From: Eledone cirrhosa
Taxonomy: Eukaryota
Assembly (NCBI GenBank): GCA_964016885.1
Contig: OZ024741.1
Span: 272,490,001-272,554,000, forward strand
Length of the DNA: 64,000 nucleotides
Direction: 5' to 3'
The translations under genes and the position numbers were made by a program. Below the pieces are notes generated by a model, which was not told where the DNA came from, did not search any database, and saw only the letters and a list, made by a program, of their open reading frames with translations. The first letter of the stretch is position 1. Each line of letters begins with the position of its first letter. Below are positions 49,660-62,308 of this stretch, one piece after another.

Positions 49660-50140
49660 GCTGTCTCTATTTGAATGAAAGGACAGCTGTATGATGCCTC
49701 TGTTCAAAGTGCAATGCTGCATGGTAGTGAAACATGGGCAATGACTGCAGAAGATATGCATAGGCTGCAGAGAAAGGAAGCAACCATGCTTTGTTGGATG
49801 TGCAATATAAATATGAGAGAATGGCATAGCTTGGATGAATTGAGGTAGACACTGGGTTTAAGAGTAATCTGAAGTAGTGTGCAAGAGAGAAGATTGGTTC
49901 AGACATATGATGTGCCTGGATGATGATGCTGAGTGAAGAAGTGCCACAAAATCCTAGTTGAAGGAAACTGCAGTAGAGGTTGATCAAGGAAGACCTGGGC
50001 AGAAGTGGTGAGAGCTGATCTCAAATTTCTGAAATTCACAGGGGAGATGATGATGGAATATGATTGTGAAGAGATGTTGTGCTCAGAAGGACCCGTCCAA
50101 TCTATGCAAACATGGAAAAGTAGATGTAAAAATGATGATT
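49660..50140 (+). mobile_element. Old RTE 3' fragment
   Basis: Decayed AMLHGSETW and RKTWAEVVRADL; atgatgat tail. Confidence 0.7.
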
Positions 50141-50277
50141 ATATATATATAACAAAGAGGGTATGGTAAGATACCAGGTGGACCATAACACACCAGAATA
50201 CTCGATACTTGGGGTAGTAGATTAGTTCGGATTTAGCTGTCAAAACGGCCGGAGCTTAGCTGTCGGAGTCCTGAATC

Positions 50278-50312
<35 letters not shown>

Positions 50313-50484
50313 TATTTTCCGTTGTGTTGTAATATAAATATTACGTGAACATTGATATATTAGTATATATAGTCATGGCTGTGTGGTTAAGGTGTTTGCT
50401 TTGCGATCACATTGTTCTGGGTGCTATCTCTGTTGGAAACAAAAAGCTGTCTCTATTTGAATGAAAGGACAGCTGTATGATGCC

Positions 50485-50650
50485 TAAAATGGGAGAAATT
50501 AGCTTAAACCCAAAGCTTTTCCAGGAGCCAAAATTTCTGCAAATTGTGTAATCTTGAGATTTATTACATAATCACACACAAGAAGAAACTGCTGAATAAC
50601 AGAATTGAACGAACATTATTCTGCCGTCACAGAACTAAAACCCTTTTTTC
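50485..50650 (+). mobile_element. Penelope-like GIY-YIG C-terminal fragment
   Basis: Reads CKLCNLEIYYIITHKKKLLNNRIERTLFCRHRTK, the CxLC..E...LLNxR.E...CRH ending typical of these elements. Confidence 0.7.
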
Positions 50651-50943
50651 CCCACTACAAGCCGAATATTACATAAAAGAGGGACATCCCCCAACTATAT
50701 AAACCTTAATCTAGTTAGAAAAATATAAAAACAATCTCTTCTCAACATATATTAATAACCTTAAATTACCACACCAATAATGGAAAGATATGCTGATGAG
50801 AATAGGTGCAAATATGCGATAATGAATGTGTCTAAAAACGTCCATAAGTATGTATATATATGTGAAAATGTATATAAATAAGTAAATATATATATATGTT
50901 TGATGTGTATAGTTAGATGTAAGTGTATTCATGTATTAAAGTG

Positions 50944-51013
<70 letters not shown>

Positions 51014-51728
51014 ATATGTGTATATAGATGTGTATGTATGTGTATGTGTGTACACATGGACTAGAGTATGTATATATGTGTGTGTCTATATGTGTGTATA
51101 TAAAGATAAGTTGAGTATGAAAATGTATACACATGAGCGCGTATGTATGTACATGAATACATGTGTGTATATATATGTGTATGCATGTGTATATATATGT
51201 AAGTATGAATATGTGAATTGTGAGTATATGTATTTTGTAGAGGTGTGCAAATATATTTGTGTGTGAATGCGTGGGTGAAAGGATACGTACACTTGAAAAA
51301 AAAAAAAGAAAAATTTAAGTCTGAATGTTAATTAAGTGCAAACACAAAACCAACCACGCATATCTTTACTATCTCTAATCCTTCTAGAGATTTAGAAAAA
51401 TAACCAATAATATATTCTATAAAAAATGTCAAAACAACAGATGGGAATCTAATTACTCACTGCCACCAAGAATTCTCACTGCTATCGAAAAACCACTCCT
51501 TCAACTATTCTTCTAACAACTTCACCCCTCCCTCCTAATATTCTCTATAAAAACTAAATAGGTCCTCAGTAATATTATTCTGATGAAATGACAGTAAATA
51601 ATAACATTGAAATATTGAATGTCTGCATAACTAAAAGTTTGTAGATAGCAGCTGTTTTAGGTTATGTAACTGTTATAGAAACACGTGTCAATAAATTCCT
51701 TTCAACTAAACTGTATCCATTCAAATCT

Positions 51729-51763
<35 letters not shown>

Positions 51764-51764
51764 T

Positions 51765-54462
51765 TGCAACTTTTACAAACAATTGCAATGACAGAGGACG
51801 GAGACATCGTTATGCTAGCAGGGGACTTCAATGGTCATGTTGGACAGCTCCAGGATGGTTACACTGGGGTACATGGTGGGCACGGTTACGGCTCAAGAAA
51901 TGGAGTGAGACTTCTTGAATTTTGTGATGCAAGTACACTGACTATTTGCAACACAAACTTCCAGAAACCTGCCAACCACCTAATAACATACAAATCTGGC
52001 GAGTACATAAGCCAGATTGACTACTTACTAGTTAGGCAGCGGGACAGGCAGATAGTGTCTAATACCAAGGCATATACCCTGGGGAAGAATGTACCCCACA
52101 GCATAGGTTAGTCGTTAGTGATATCTCAGTAAGCAAGAGATGGAATGAGACACAAGAAGGTGTGGAGAAGAAAGGTCTGGAAGCTAAAAGACCTTTCACT
52201 AAAATACAAATTTAGGAAAGCCCTTCAAGATGTGTATGACGAAAAAGAAGACGATTTAGAGACGTATGACATAGATAACTGGAATTTCTTATGTGACAAC
52301 TTACTGCAAGCTACTGATGAAACTTGTGGCTGGAGCAGAGCTCCAACCAGACAGAGAGTGACCTGGTGGTGGAACAGCACAGTAGATAAGGCCATTAGAG
52401 ACAAAAGACTAGCATGGAAGGCTTGGAAAAAGGGTGGGAGTAGGGAAGAATATACAGCCGCTAAGAGAGAAGCTAGACGTCAGGTGTACTTAGCACGCAG
52501 GGAGGCTGAGAGTAGGAGGTTTGCCAATGTTCTGCGACGGGAAGATCAGAAGCGTGCAGTGTTCCACATTGCAAGGCAGTGTGTCAATGTAAATCAGGAT
52601 GTTGTTGGAGATAAATGTGTCCGGAATGATGCCGGTGTACTTAGTGTCACGAATGATGAGAAAAAGGTGGCCTGGAAATGTCATTATGAGAGACTGATTA
52701 ATGTGGAGAACGAATGGGAGAGAGAGAAATTACCCTTGGTGGATCCGACAGAAGGACCAGCTATTGAGATTGATGAATATAGGGTCCAAGAGGCGATTAA
52801 GGAAATGAAAAATGGTAAGGCTGCTGGACCGTCGGGGATAGTTGCTGAGATGCTGAAGGCATCAGGGGACGTAGGCACTAAACTGGTTGCACGCATCATC
52901 AATCAGGCTATATATGGTGGTGTCATACCCAAAGACTGGTGCAGTAGTATTCTCATAAATTGCCACAAAGGTAAAGGGGATACTCTGGAGAGGAGCAATT
53001 ATAGGGGTATAAAACTGATGGATCAGGTTATGAAAGTGGCAGAAAGGATATTAGCACAACTAATTAGAGGAAGGGTCAAACTAGATGAGATGCAGTTTGG
53101 TTTTGTGCCTGGGAAGAGTACAACAGATGCCCTCTTCTTGGTGAGACAATTGCAAGAGAGGTTCTTAGAGAAAAATAAGCCACTATACTTAGCCTTTGTT
53201 GACCTAGAGAAAGCCTTTGATAGGGTACCCCGATCTGTCATCTGGTGGTCCCTAAGGAAACTAGGTGTTGAGGAATGGCTTGTGAGGACAGTTCAAACTT
53301 TGTACAGAGGTGCTGTCAGTAAAGTGAGGGTAGGAATGGAGTTTAGTGAGGAATTCCAGATACAAGTAGGAGTACATCAGGGTTCGGTCCTCAGCCCGCT
53401 CTTGTTCATTATAGTCCTCCAAGCCATAACAGAGGAGTTTAAGACTGGCTGTCCATGGGAACTTCCTATGCTGACGATCTGGTTCTTATAGCAGAATTAG
53501 TAGAGGAGCTAGAGAATAAATTCTGGCTCTGGAAGGAAACAGCAGTTGGAATTAAGAGGACTGAGAGTGAACCTAGCTAAGACAAAAGTGTTGATGAGTA
53601 GAAAAGAGGACAAAACTCTGATTCCATCAGGAAAATGGCCATGTTCGATATGCAGAAAAGGAACTGGCATAAATTCTATAAAATGCACACAATGCAGATC
53701 CTGGGTACACAAGAGATGTAGCGGGATAGCAGGAAAACTAACAGGTAGGAAGAAATATGTATGCAGTAGATGTACAGGGAAATTAGACAGTAGAAGTCGC
53801 ATTGATAGACACATTTTTCAAATGCAGGCGGGTGTTATAGAAGTGGTGGATAGCTTCCAGTACCTAGATCAGATTAGCATGGGAGGGGGGGGGGTGTTTC
53901 AAGGCCTTAGTATCTAGAATAAGGACTGGTTGGAAGAAGTTTAGTGAGCTGCTTCCTCTGCTGACGAAGAAGGGTTTCTCCCTGCGTACGAAAGGCCGGT
54001 TATATGATGTTTGTCTGAGGAGCGCGATGTTGTATGGTAGTGAGACATGGGCAGCAACTGCAGAGGATATGCGATGGCTGGAGAGAAATGAGGCAAGCAT
54101 GCTCCGTTGGATGTGCAATGTCAATGTGCGTGAACGACCCAGCATGAATGTGTTGAGAGAGAAACTGTGTCTGAGAGGAATAGAATGTAGTGTACGGGAG
54201 AGGAGACTGAGGTGGTATGGACATGTGATGTGCATGGAGGATGACCGATGAGTGAAGAAGTGCCAGGAAATGCCAGTTGAAGGATGATGTGGTAGAGGTA
54301 GACCACGAAAAACATGGGCGGAGGTGGTGAGAACAGACCTCAGATCGCTGAAGCTCACAGTGGAGATAACGAAGGACCGTGATGAGTGGAGAGATGCTGT
54401 GCTGAATAAGACCCGTCCCACCCTTGCAAGCAGGCAAGAGCGGACGTAAAATGATGATGATG
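51765..54462 (+). mobile_element. RTE family B LINE, 5'-truncated within APE, frameshifted
   Basis: AGDFNGHVG, SQIDYLL; ORF 52145-53491 with RT motifs; Cys-rich insert; LYGSETW; (TGA)n tail. Confidence 0.95.
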
Positions 54463-54521
54463 ACATATACATACAGTAGACCCCGGCATTCGTGGCCTGG
54501 GGGACAACTGTATATATATAT

Positions 54522-54910
54522 ATGGAGGTACATGGTTTAGTGATTAGAGCATTGGCCTTGCAATTGAAAGGTTGTGAGTTCAATTCTCAGACCGGGTGAT
54601 GTGTTGTTTCCTTGAGCAAGACACTTTATTTCACATTGTTCCAGTTTACTCAGCTGTAGAAATGAGATGATAGGACTGGGGTCCCTATCATTCTACTGCA
54701 AAGTGGTTGTGGAGGTGCCACAGCAAAAAAAGCACCCAGCCCACACTGTAAAGTGGATGTGTAGGCGCCACGGAAAAAAAGCACCCAGCACTCACTGTAA
54801 ATGAGGTTGATGTTAGGAAGGGCATCCAGCTGTAGAAATTAAGCCAGAATCAGTTCCCGTCCCACCTTTGCAAGCAAGGAAAAGCGGATGTAAAATGATG
54901 ATGATGATGA
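54522..54910 (+). mobile_element. CORE-type SINE (same family as 855-1207)
   Basis: Near-identical head, core and tail; one extra internal aaaaaagcacccagc module. Confidence 0.87.
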
Positions 54911-55771
54911 TATAATGTGACATTATAAAACTACTGTGATTGGAAATTTACCAATTGGATTAAACTCGGAACTGATTTTTACCTATCTTGCTGTGGACTA
55001 TAAAATCACATTTGAGCTTTGGATTATTCTTTGCCTTTATATGGTTGTGTTAGCAACTTGTCTAAACTATTTTATATATATATATATATAGGCATTATGC
55101 AATAATACAGAAGACCCACTTTCCCATGCACACATATTGAAACATACATCTAGTATGCACCTCTTAACCACTATCCTCGCTCCTCCTTCCATACACCTCC
55201 CACGTCCTAACAACCCACCCTTATTTGATCACACCGCCCTCCTTCCATACCTTTGAACCTCTGCTCTAGTCCCCAGCCATCTCTGTAAAGAGGTCATGTA
55301 GGTGTCATGACAAAAAGCACCCACCCCATACTATAAACTGGTCATGTAGGTGTCACAACAAAAAACACCCAGTGCACACTGGCAATGTGGTTGGCATTAG
55401 GAAGGGCGTCCAGCCGTAGAAACCAATCTCAAGACAGTTTTGTATGAGGAAGACATGGTCACCTGACCCGACTTGCCTCAGATGGGACAACCTGTCTAAT
55501 CCATGCTAGCATAGAAAATCGACGTTAAATGATGATGATGATGATATATATATATGTATATACATGCACACTGCCATGATTTAGTCAATCATATCGACTT
55601 CAATACTTATTTTTTCAAATCTGTTATTTTATTGATTTCAGTTTTGTTGAACAACTAAGTTCTGTGACATAAACACAGATATAAATATAGACATGGGCAC
55701 ACACACATACACACACACATGTATACACACACACATGTGTGTGTGTGTATATATATATATATATTTATAAG

Positions 55772-55815
<44 letters not shown>

Positions 55816-55925
55816 GATCATCATCATCATCATTTATCATCCGTTTTCAATGCAGAAGATATATTTCTATATGTGTGTATATTTACGTGTGTGTATATAT
55901 ATATATATGTGTGTGTGTGTATAAA

Positions 55926-56853
55926 TCTATATATCTAAAACAGAGAATGTCTGTTTGTCTGTCTGACTCCCTAAAACTCGAGAACCACCCAACCGATTGT
56001 TTTCAAACTTTACACATGTAATACTTATGGTCGTGTGAGTTTTGATAAAAAATATTTCAAATTTTCAATGCCATAGGGACCGCATTAGGCGATTTAGCGA
56101 TCTCTATAATTCTTAGTCTGTCTCTCTTTAGATAGATACATAGCTACAACATCGCGCCCTTATAATATGTCTGTATGTATGGCTGTCTGCATTACAACAT
56201 TATGGCGCTATCTGTGTGTGTGTGTATATATGTATATATAGTGTGTGTATATATATAGTGTGTAATGTTTTTCGAAATATTTACTTCTGCGTTCACAGAT
56301 AGATTTTTTTAGTTTCAGAAGATCCTGGTAAGGGTGAAAGCAGCAATTCTTTGCTTAAACTTTAATCTGTTATTTTAATGGTTATTTTAGTGGGAGATTG
56401 GCCTTGCAATCGAAAGGTTGTGAGTTCAATTCTCAGACCGGGTGATGTGTTGTTTCCTTGAGCAAGACACTTTATTTCACATTGCTCCAGTTTACTCAGC
56501 TGTAGAAATGAGATGATAGGACTGGGGTCCATATCATTCCACTGCAAAGTGGTCGTGGAGGTGCCATGGAAAAAAAGCACCCAGCACTCACTGTAAATGA
56601 AGTTGGTCTTAGGAAGGGCACCCAGCTGTAGAAATCAAGCCAGAATCAGTTCCCGTCCCACCCTTGCAAGCAGGGAAAAGCGGACGTAAAATGATGATGA
56701 TGAATTATATATTTGTGTACAGATATTTTTGCATACACAATAACAAAATATAAACAAACGTATTTATTTCACGAGGCTCGATAAGGATAAATATATATCA
56801 AATACATAAGAACCCTAGAGCAAATCCCGAGCAACGCCATGCCATTCTGCTAG
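55926..56853 (+). mobile_element. Non-autonomous Helitron containing a nested SINE (56395-56703)
   Basis: 5' a|TCTATATATCTAAAAC followed by (tgtc)n; 3' cccgagcaacgcc...tgCTAG|t; interior 56265-56385 and 56705-56773 match 47905-48090 in reverse. Confidence 0.75.
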
Positions 56854-57299
56854 TATATAATAAAACAAGGATGAATGGTTACTCCTTCATTGCGTTTATT
56901 GGTTGGTGACACGCGTTTCATTATTGATCAGCTCAAGGTTCAATCTGTATTGATCTAGCCCGACTCTGTAAGCAATGGCCCGTTGGACCACTGTGATAGT
57001 AACAACCAATAAACGTAATGAAGGAGTAACCATTCGTCCTTGTTTTATTATACTACACTCTGTCTTGCTCTACACCTCGATACCGACGTGAACCTAAACA
57101 TCGAGTGTTCACCCAGGTGAACCTGCAGTGACTCTGCGTTACACTCCCTGGATATATATATATATATATATGTTGAAACGGCTGGAGCTCAGCTGTTAGG
57201 GTCTTTATTCTTTTCATATTACCTACTCTACTACTCCAAGTATCGAGTACTCTTGTGGGTTATGGTCTAGCTGTTTTTTACTACACCCTATCTGATATA

Positions 57300-57356
<57 letters not shown>

Positions 57357-58103
57357 CTTTGTATGTGTGTACCCATGTCTAGAGCTGTTCAACAAAATTG
57401 TGATCAATAGAATATGAAAAATGTAAACAAATGTATCTTGAATATCTAGTTTGAATACGATTTCAAATACTCCCATGTTTCAAACTCAATATTCGAGACA
57501 CATTTGTTAACATTTTTCATAACTATCATAGCTTTCTATTTGGGGCTGATACCTTGCCTGAAGTTTGTTGGTCTTTTTCTTCCCTCTTCCTTCATTCTTT
57601 CTCTCCCTCCTTGCTCACTCTTCTGTTCCTCTTACTACTACTTTTCTTTCTTTCTCCCCTCACCTAGCTGCCGCTCATACATGTCACTTTCGCTTAAAGA
57701 GCCATTGTTCTCCCCTTTCTTACAGTGACTCAAAGCTGAGTGAATGCATTTCATTCTTCTCTCTCTCTGACCTGTCCATCTGCCTATCAACCTATTTGTT
57801 TCTCCCATAAACATGATACCAACAGAGATATTTATTTCTCTGTTGTTACAAGCTGTCTATCTTACGTGGTCCTTTTAGTTAAATCGTTGAAACCACAGGT
57901 GGTCTAAAAGCTGATGAGAAAATTTAATGTTTGTGAGATACCCTCTATTTTATCCCTTTCTCATTTCTTCCTATCGCTTCTATGAGCCAACACACTTCTA
58001 GCCACTGATTTCTATCCTTTAAGGTAGATTTTACCCACTGCCGCCGTTGGCGGCATTTTGCTGTTTTAACAGCTTTCAGTGCTCAGTTCTTCCACTTACT
58101 ATA

Positions 58104-58139
<36 letters not shown>

Positions 58140-58726
58140 AATGTACAAAACATGCATCTCTTTCTGTGAGTGAGTATCTTCTATGGCACACTCTGTGCAA
58201 GGGGTTGAAGGTAACTATTCACTCACCTTTTCCTGGCCCAGGTTATAGGTAATGGCCTGGTAAGAAATTATATAAAACAAATAAATGAAGGAATAATAAG
58301 GGTTTCTGATATAGGCACAAGGCTAACAATTTTAGGGAAGGGGGAAGTCGATCAAATGGATCCCAGTGTGTTACTGGTACTTTATTTTTCATCGACCCTG
58401 TAAGGTTGAAAAGCAAAGTTAAGCTTGGCAGGATTTGAACACAGAACATATAGGGATGTAACTATATGCCACAAAGCATGTTTGATGCTCTACCAATATT
58501 GGTAATCCACCACCATTAAATGAAGGAATAATAATAATTGTTTCTACATTTGGCACAAGGCCAGCAATTTGAAGTGGATAATGATAATAAAAATAATATA
58601 TATAATTATAAAGGATGATGTGCTCAAGTGCAGAGATGCTATAAAATATGGTGAAGACCAGGGAGAGAGAGAAAAAGAAGTTGTTATCAGCAGCTGATGA
58701 CAACTTCTTTTTCTCTCTCTCCCTCT

Positions 58727-59390
58727 CATCATCATCATCATCATCATCATCATTGTTTAATGTCTATCTTCCACGCTAGCATGGGTTAGACAGGAATTGT
58801 CTCATTTGAGGTAAGATTGGTCAGGTGACCGTGTCTCGCTCGTATAGGACTATCTGGCAGGTTTTCTACGGCTGGATGCCCTTCCTAACACCAAGCCATT
58901 TACAGTGTGGACTGGGAGGTTTTTACCGTGTTACCTACACGGACACATTACAGCGTGGACTGTTTTCCCCCCCCCCTCCCTTTTCTTTTTTCTCCCCCCC
59001 CCCCCCCCCCTTTTTGTCGGGACACCTATACGACCTCATTATTTTGGACTGGATGTTGTGGTACCAACATAACTTTATGGAGAAAGGGTGGTGTTGGTGG
59101 GAGTGGAAGGGTGGAGTAGGAATAGTGGGTTTCAATGTATGTTTGGTTTGGAGGGGCCTACTGACTGTAGGTTAACTTTGCACGTAGGGAACGCGGGTCT
59201 TCTGTATTAAGGCGTGGCGCCAAATATCTCGATCCAGAGACATTGTCTTAGAGAGGTGCAAGTGTGCAAGGTCGGAATTTATCAAGTCGTCCCAGGTTTT
59301 TCTGAGTCTACCTACTCCGTAACTTCCATCAATTTTGATGGTCCTGTACATTTTTATACAGTTGTTGTCTTTCATGCGCATCACATGACC
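58727..59390 (-). mobile_element. RTE family A-related 3' end
   Basis: GHVMRMKDNNCIK..IKIDGSYGVGRLRKTW; related 3' UTR; (CAT)n on +. Confidence 0.85.
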
Positions 59391-59409
59391 ACACATATAT
59401 ATATATACA

Positions 59410-59933
59410 CTAGCAGATTTACCTGGCATTGCCTGGGGTTTGAAATTATGCTAAGAATATACAGCTAGGAAGTAAATTGAATGGAAAATCCCATAAGGAT
59501 TTAGTTTTTATGGGTTTGCTGACACAGGCATGTGACTTAGAAGAAAATCGATGCTTGCTTAAGAGCCTTGTAGTGCAGAGAATAAACACCTACAATTCTG
59601 TTACGAGTGACAAAAAAATGTGCAAGCTACAGCTGAAAAGTTGTAGGTCCCAACAGTTTGAATGGAAAGTCCCATAAGGATTTTGTTTTGATTGATTTCT
59701 ACCTTACATCATGCACTTTAGAAAAAATTATTTTGCTATCGATTTTTTATTGCTCAACGTGGGTCGATTTAAAAAAAATTTTGTGATGTGACCATCTTAG
59801 CGACAGGTGCAACGTGCACAGAAAATTGGGTCACATTCGGTTGGGAATTGTAAAAGCCTTAGCTGTCCAAAGTTGTCCACAGACACACAGACACACACAC
59901 ATACACACACATCCTCGCTTTTATATATATAGA
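59410..59933 (-). mobile_element. Non-autonomous Helitron
   Basis: - strand 5' a|TCTATATATATAAAAGCG; 3' cccaggcaatgccagg..tgCTAG|t. Confidence 0.72.
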
Positions 59934-60004
59934 TATATTATGAGAGAGACTGATGGTGATGCGAATAGACCTGCTTTTTTCTATTTCTCTAATTTCACAT
60001 TCTT

Positions 60005-60040
60005 TTTTCTGATGAAGGACTAGTATCCGAAACCTTAAGT
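60005..60040 (+). ncRNA. Minimal hammerhead-like motif in a ~170-bp interspersed element
   Basis: CTGATGA a gga ctagta tcc GAAAC; related copies at 30301-30337 (+) and 61842-61870 (-) share the downstream flank. Confidence 0.55.
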
Positions 60041-60527
60041 CTCTTTTCCTACTATATCAAGTGTAAAACTAATAATATATTTCTTCATTGTACTGTGTCG
60101 TTTGCTTTGTTATTTTTGTTTGCCATTTGCATATATATATATAAAATTAAAAAATGGAGTTAAAAACTCGCGTCAATCCCCTGTAATTTAATGAGCTCAA
60201 AGAATAGATACCGGGTGCTTTATAATACAGTATATAGCGAAGAAAACACAAATAGGTATGTGTTCAATTATAGAGGATAGAAAACCACGAGAGTGAAAAA
60301 CAAAGTGCATTTTGATTTATTCTTTTAATTGATATGTATTTTCTATTCCTTTCGTAGACTGTTTTTCACTTTAGTGGTTTTCTACATAGGAAAACATACC
60401 TATTTGTGTTTTATTCTCTGTCTCTCTCTCACTATATATATACATATAATTCCGTTGGAAAGGTCCAGGAAAAAAGAGTGCTCTATGTAGGTTACAGAGC
60501 TTATTAGTTATGTAATAAACAACATAA

Positions 60528-60580
60528 GTTTCTGATGACTGAAAGCAAATTTGTTTGCTTTCAAGAAACCACTGGTAAAT
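60528..60580 (+). ncRNA. Hammerhead-like motif with long helix II, enclosed by 24-bp inverted repeats
   Basis: CTGATGA c tgaaagcaaa tttg tttgctttca a GAA acca c tggt A; helix I weak. Confidence 0.55.
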
Positions 60581-60903
60581 GAAATAATTATCTTATGTTG
60601 TTTATTACATAACTATATATATATAGGCGGCAAATTGACAGTCGATAAGATGTCGGATAGAATGCTTTACAGTACCCGTCCCACTCCCTGCTGAGGTCAA
60701 CTTTGCCTTACATCCTTTCAAGGTCGATAAAAAAAGTACCAGTTTAATACTGGGGTCAATTGTTCCTCTATAGAAAAAAATCGACTGTTTTCAGTCCTGG
60801 AGAGGGTTGGGCTCCACCAGGTTTAAATGTGCACTAGACACACTGTATGATGGTGCCTCTACAACCCCACAAGGAGTTATGATATCTTTTATCTTTATAT
60901 ATA

Positions 60904-61629
60904 CTAGCTGAAAAACCACCGTTCGGGTGGTTTTCTGCTAGCGTGTGTAGTGTGCATATTGATATTATACGCAGGTATATATATATATATATACATGTAG
61001 ATATGATATATCAAATGAAATCGTAATTGACAATATCCACAGAAATTAAACAAGACTACGTTACACTGTCTTATGTAATCAGTAACGTAATCCATGATAC
61101 ATTAAAAAAAGACGATATTATATATAAACTGCATTAGGAAAAAATTAGTGACGGAAATATATGAATGTTTATTTAAGCGATCGCTAACCGGAAGTGTTGA
61201 CATTTGAAAATTTTAAAGAAGTGAATCTTTAAATAAGCAATAAAATATATTTAATCAAGAGCTACGAAATTTAGTAGATAAATTATGTAATATTCATTCA
61301 TTTATGGACTGAGTTCAAATCCCGCCGAAGTTAACTTTGCCTTTCATCCTTATGGGGTCGATAAAATAAAGTACCAGTAATACACTGGGATAATTGCTGG
61401 CCTTGTGCCAATAGTAGAAACAATTATTTAAATCCCGCCGAGGTTAACTTTGCCTTTCATCCTTACGGGGTCGATAAAATAAAGTACCAGTAATGTACTG
61501 GGTAATTGCTGGCCTTGTGCCAATAGTAGAAACAATTATTTATTTAAAGTAATGCAACTTATTTTAGAAACGGGAAAAAGAATATATTCTGGATGCAGTC
61601 CCGCACTCCTTACTTTATTATAGTTTAGA
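60904..61629 (-). mobile_element. Non-autonomous Helitron with nested tandem SINE fragments (61305-61540)
   Basis: 3' hairpin aaaaccacc..ggtggtttt then CTAG|t at 60904; 5' a|TCTAAACTATATAATAAAG; shares ggaagtgttga..aattttaaagaagtgaat with 48172-48210. Confidence 0.7.
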
Positions 61630-61708
61630 TAAATGTAAAAAGTAAACAGAAATAACAAAGCACTTATGCACATCATCCTTTATACTTCTATCTATCTAGC
61701 TAGCTATC

Positions 61709-61743
<35 letters not shown>

Positions 61744-62168
61744 GTATTTATGTATGTAAAAAGTAAACAGAAATAACAAAACAAACGACACAGTACATTG
61801 AAGAAATATATTAGTTTAACACTTGATATAACAAGAAAAGAGTTTCGGATGCTAGTCCTTCATCAGAAGATAGAGTGAGAAATAGATGGAATAGAAAGAT
61901 ATAGAGTGAGTAGAGGAAGGAACGGGAAAAAATGAGGAAAAAAAAGGATGGTGGTGGTGGGTGGGTGGGGGGGGGGGGGGGGGGGGTCTCAGGTGTGTAT
62001 TCAGTCAGCCAGCCATTTTGGAGATTTATATATATTCTTAGTGCTTAAAAGTCCTTAAAAGTTCAGTTACGTACATTGTTTGCATAAAAATAATATATAT
62101 ATATTTTTTTTCAATGTAATTTTCCAGATCTATGTCCTGTTGATTGCTCAACTTGTGTGGCCTGAATT

Positions 62169-62308
62169 ATGGGAGCAGCTGGAAGTAGCTTCAGTGACCT
62201 TCCCACCAACGAATACCTGAAACAACTAGCAGGAGCCAAGTCCCTCTCTTCTATTGATCCCTTCTGGAATCAATTGTTATCGTTTTCTTTCATCTCTCCA
62301 TCATCCAG
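62169..62308 (+). CDS. DYM: Dymeclin, first coding exon (exon 62128-62308 including 41 nt of 5' UTR)
   Basis: MGAAGSSFSDLPTNEYLKQLAGAKSLSSIDPFWNQLLSFSFISPSS matches the recalled dymeclin N-terminus (MG..., NEYLK, DPFWNQLLSFSF); acceptor tttccag ends 62127, donor gtaaat starts 62309. Confidence 0.93.
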
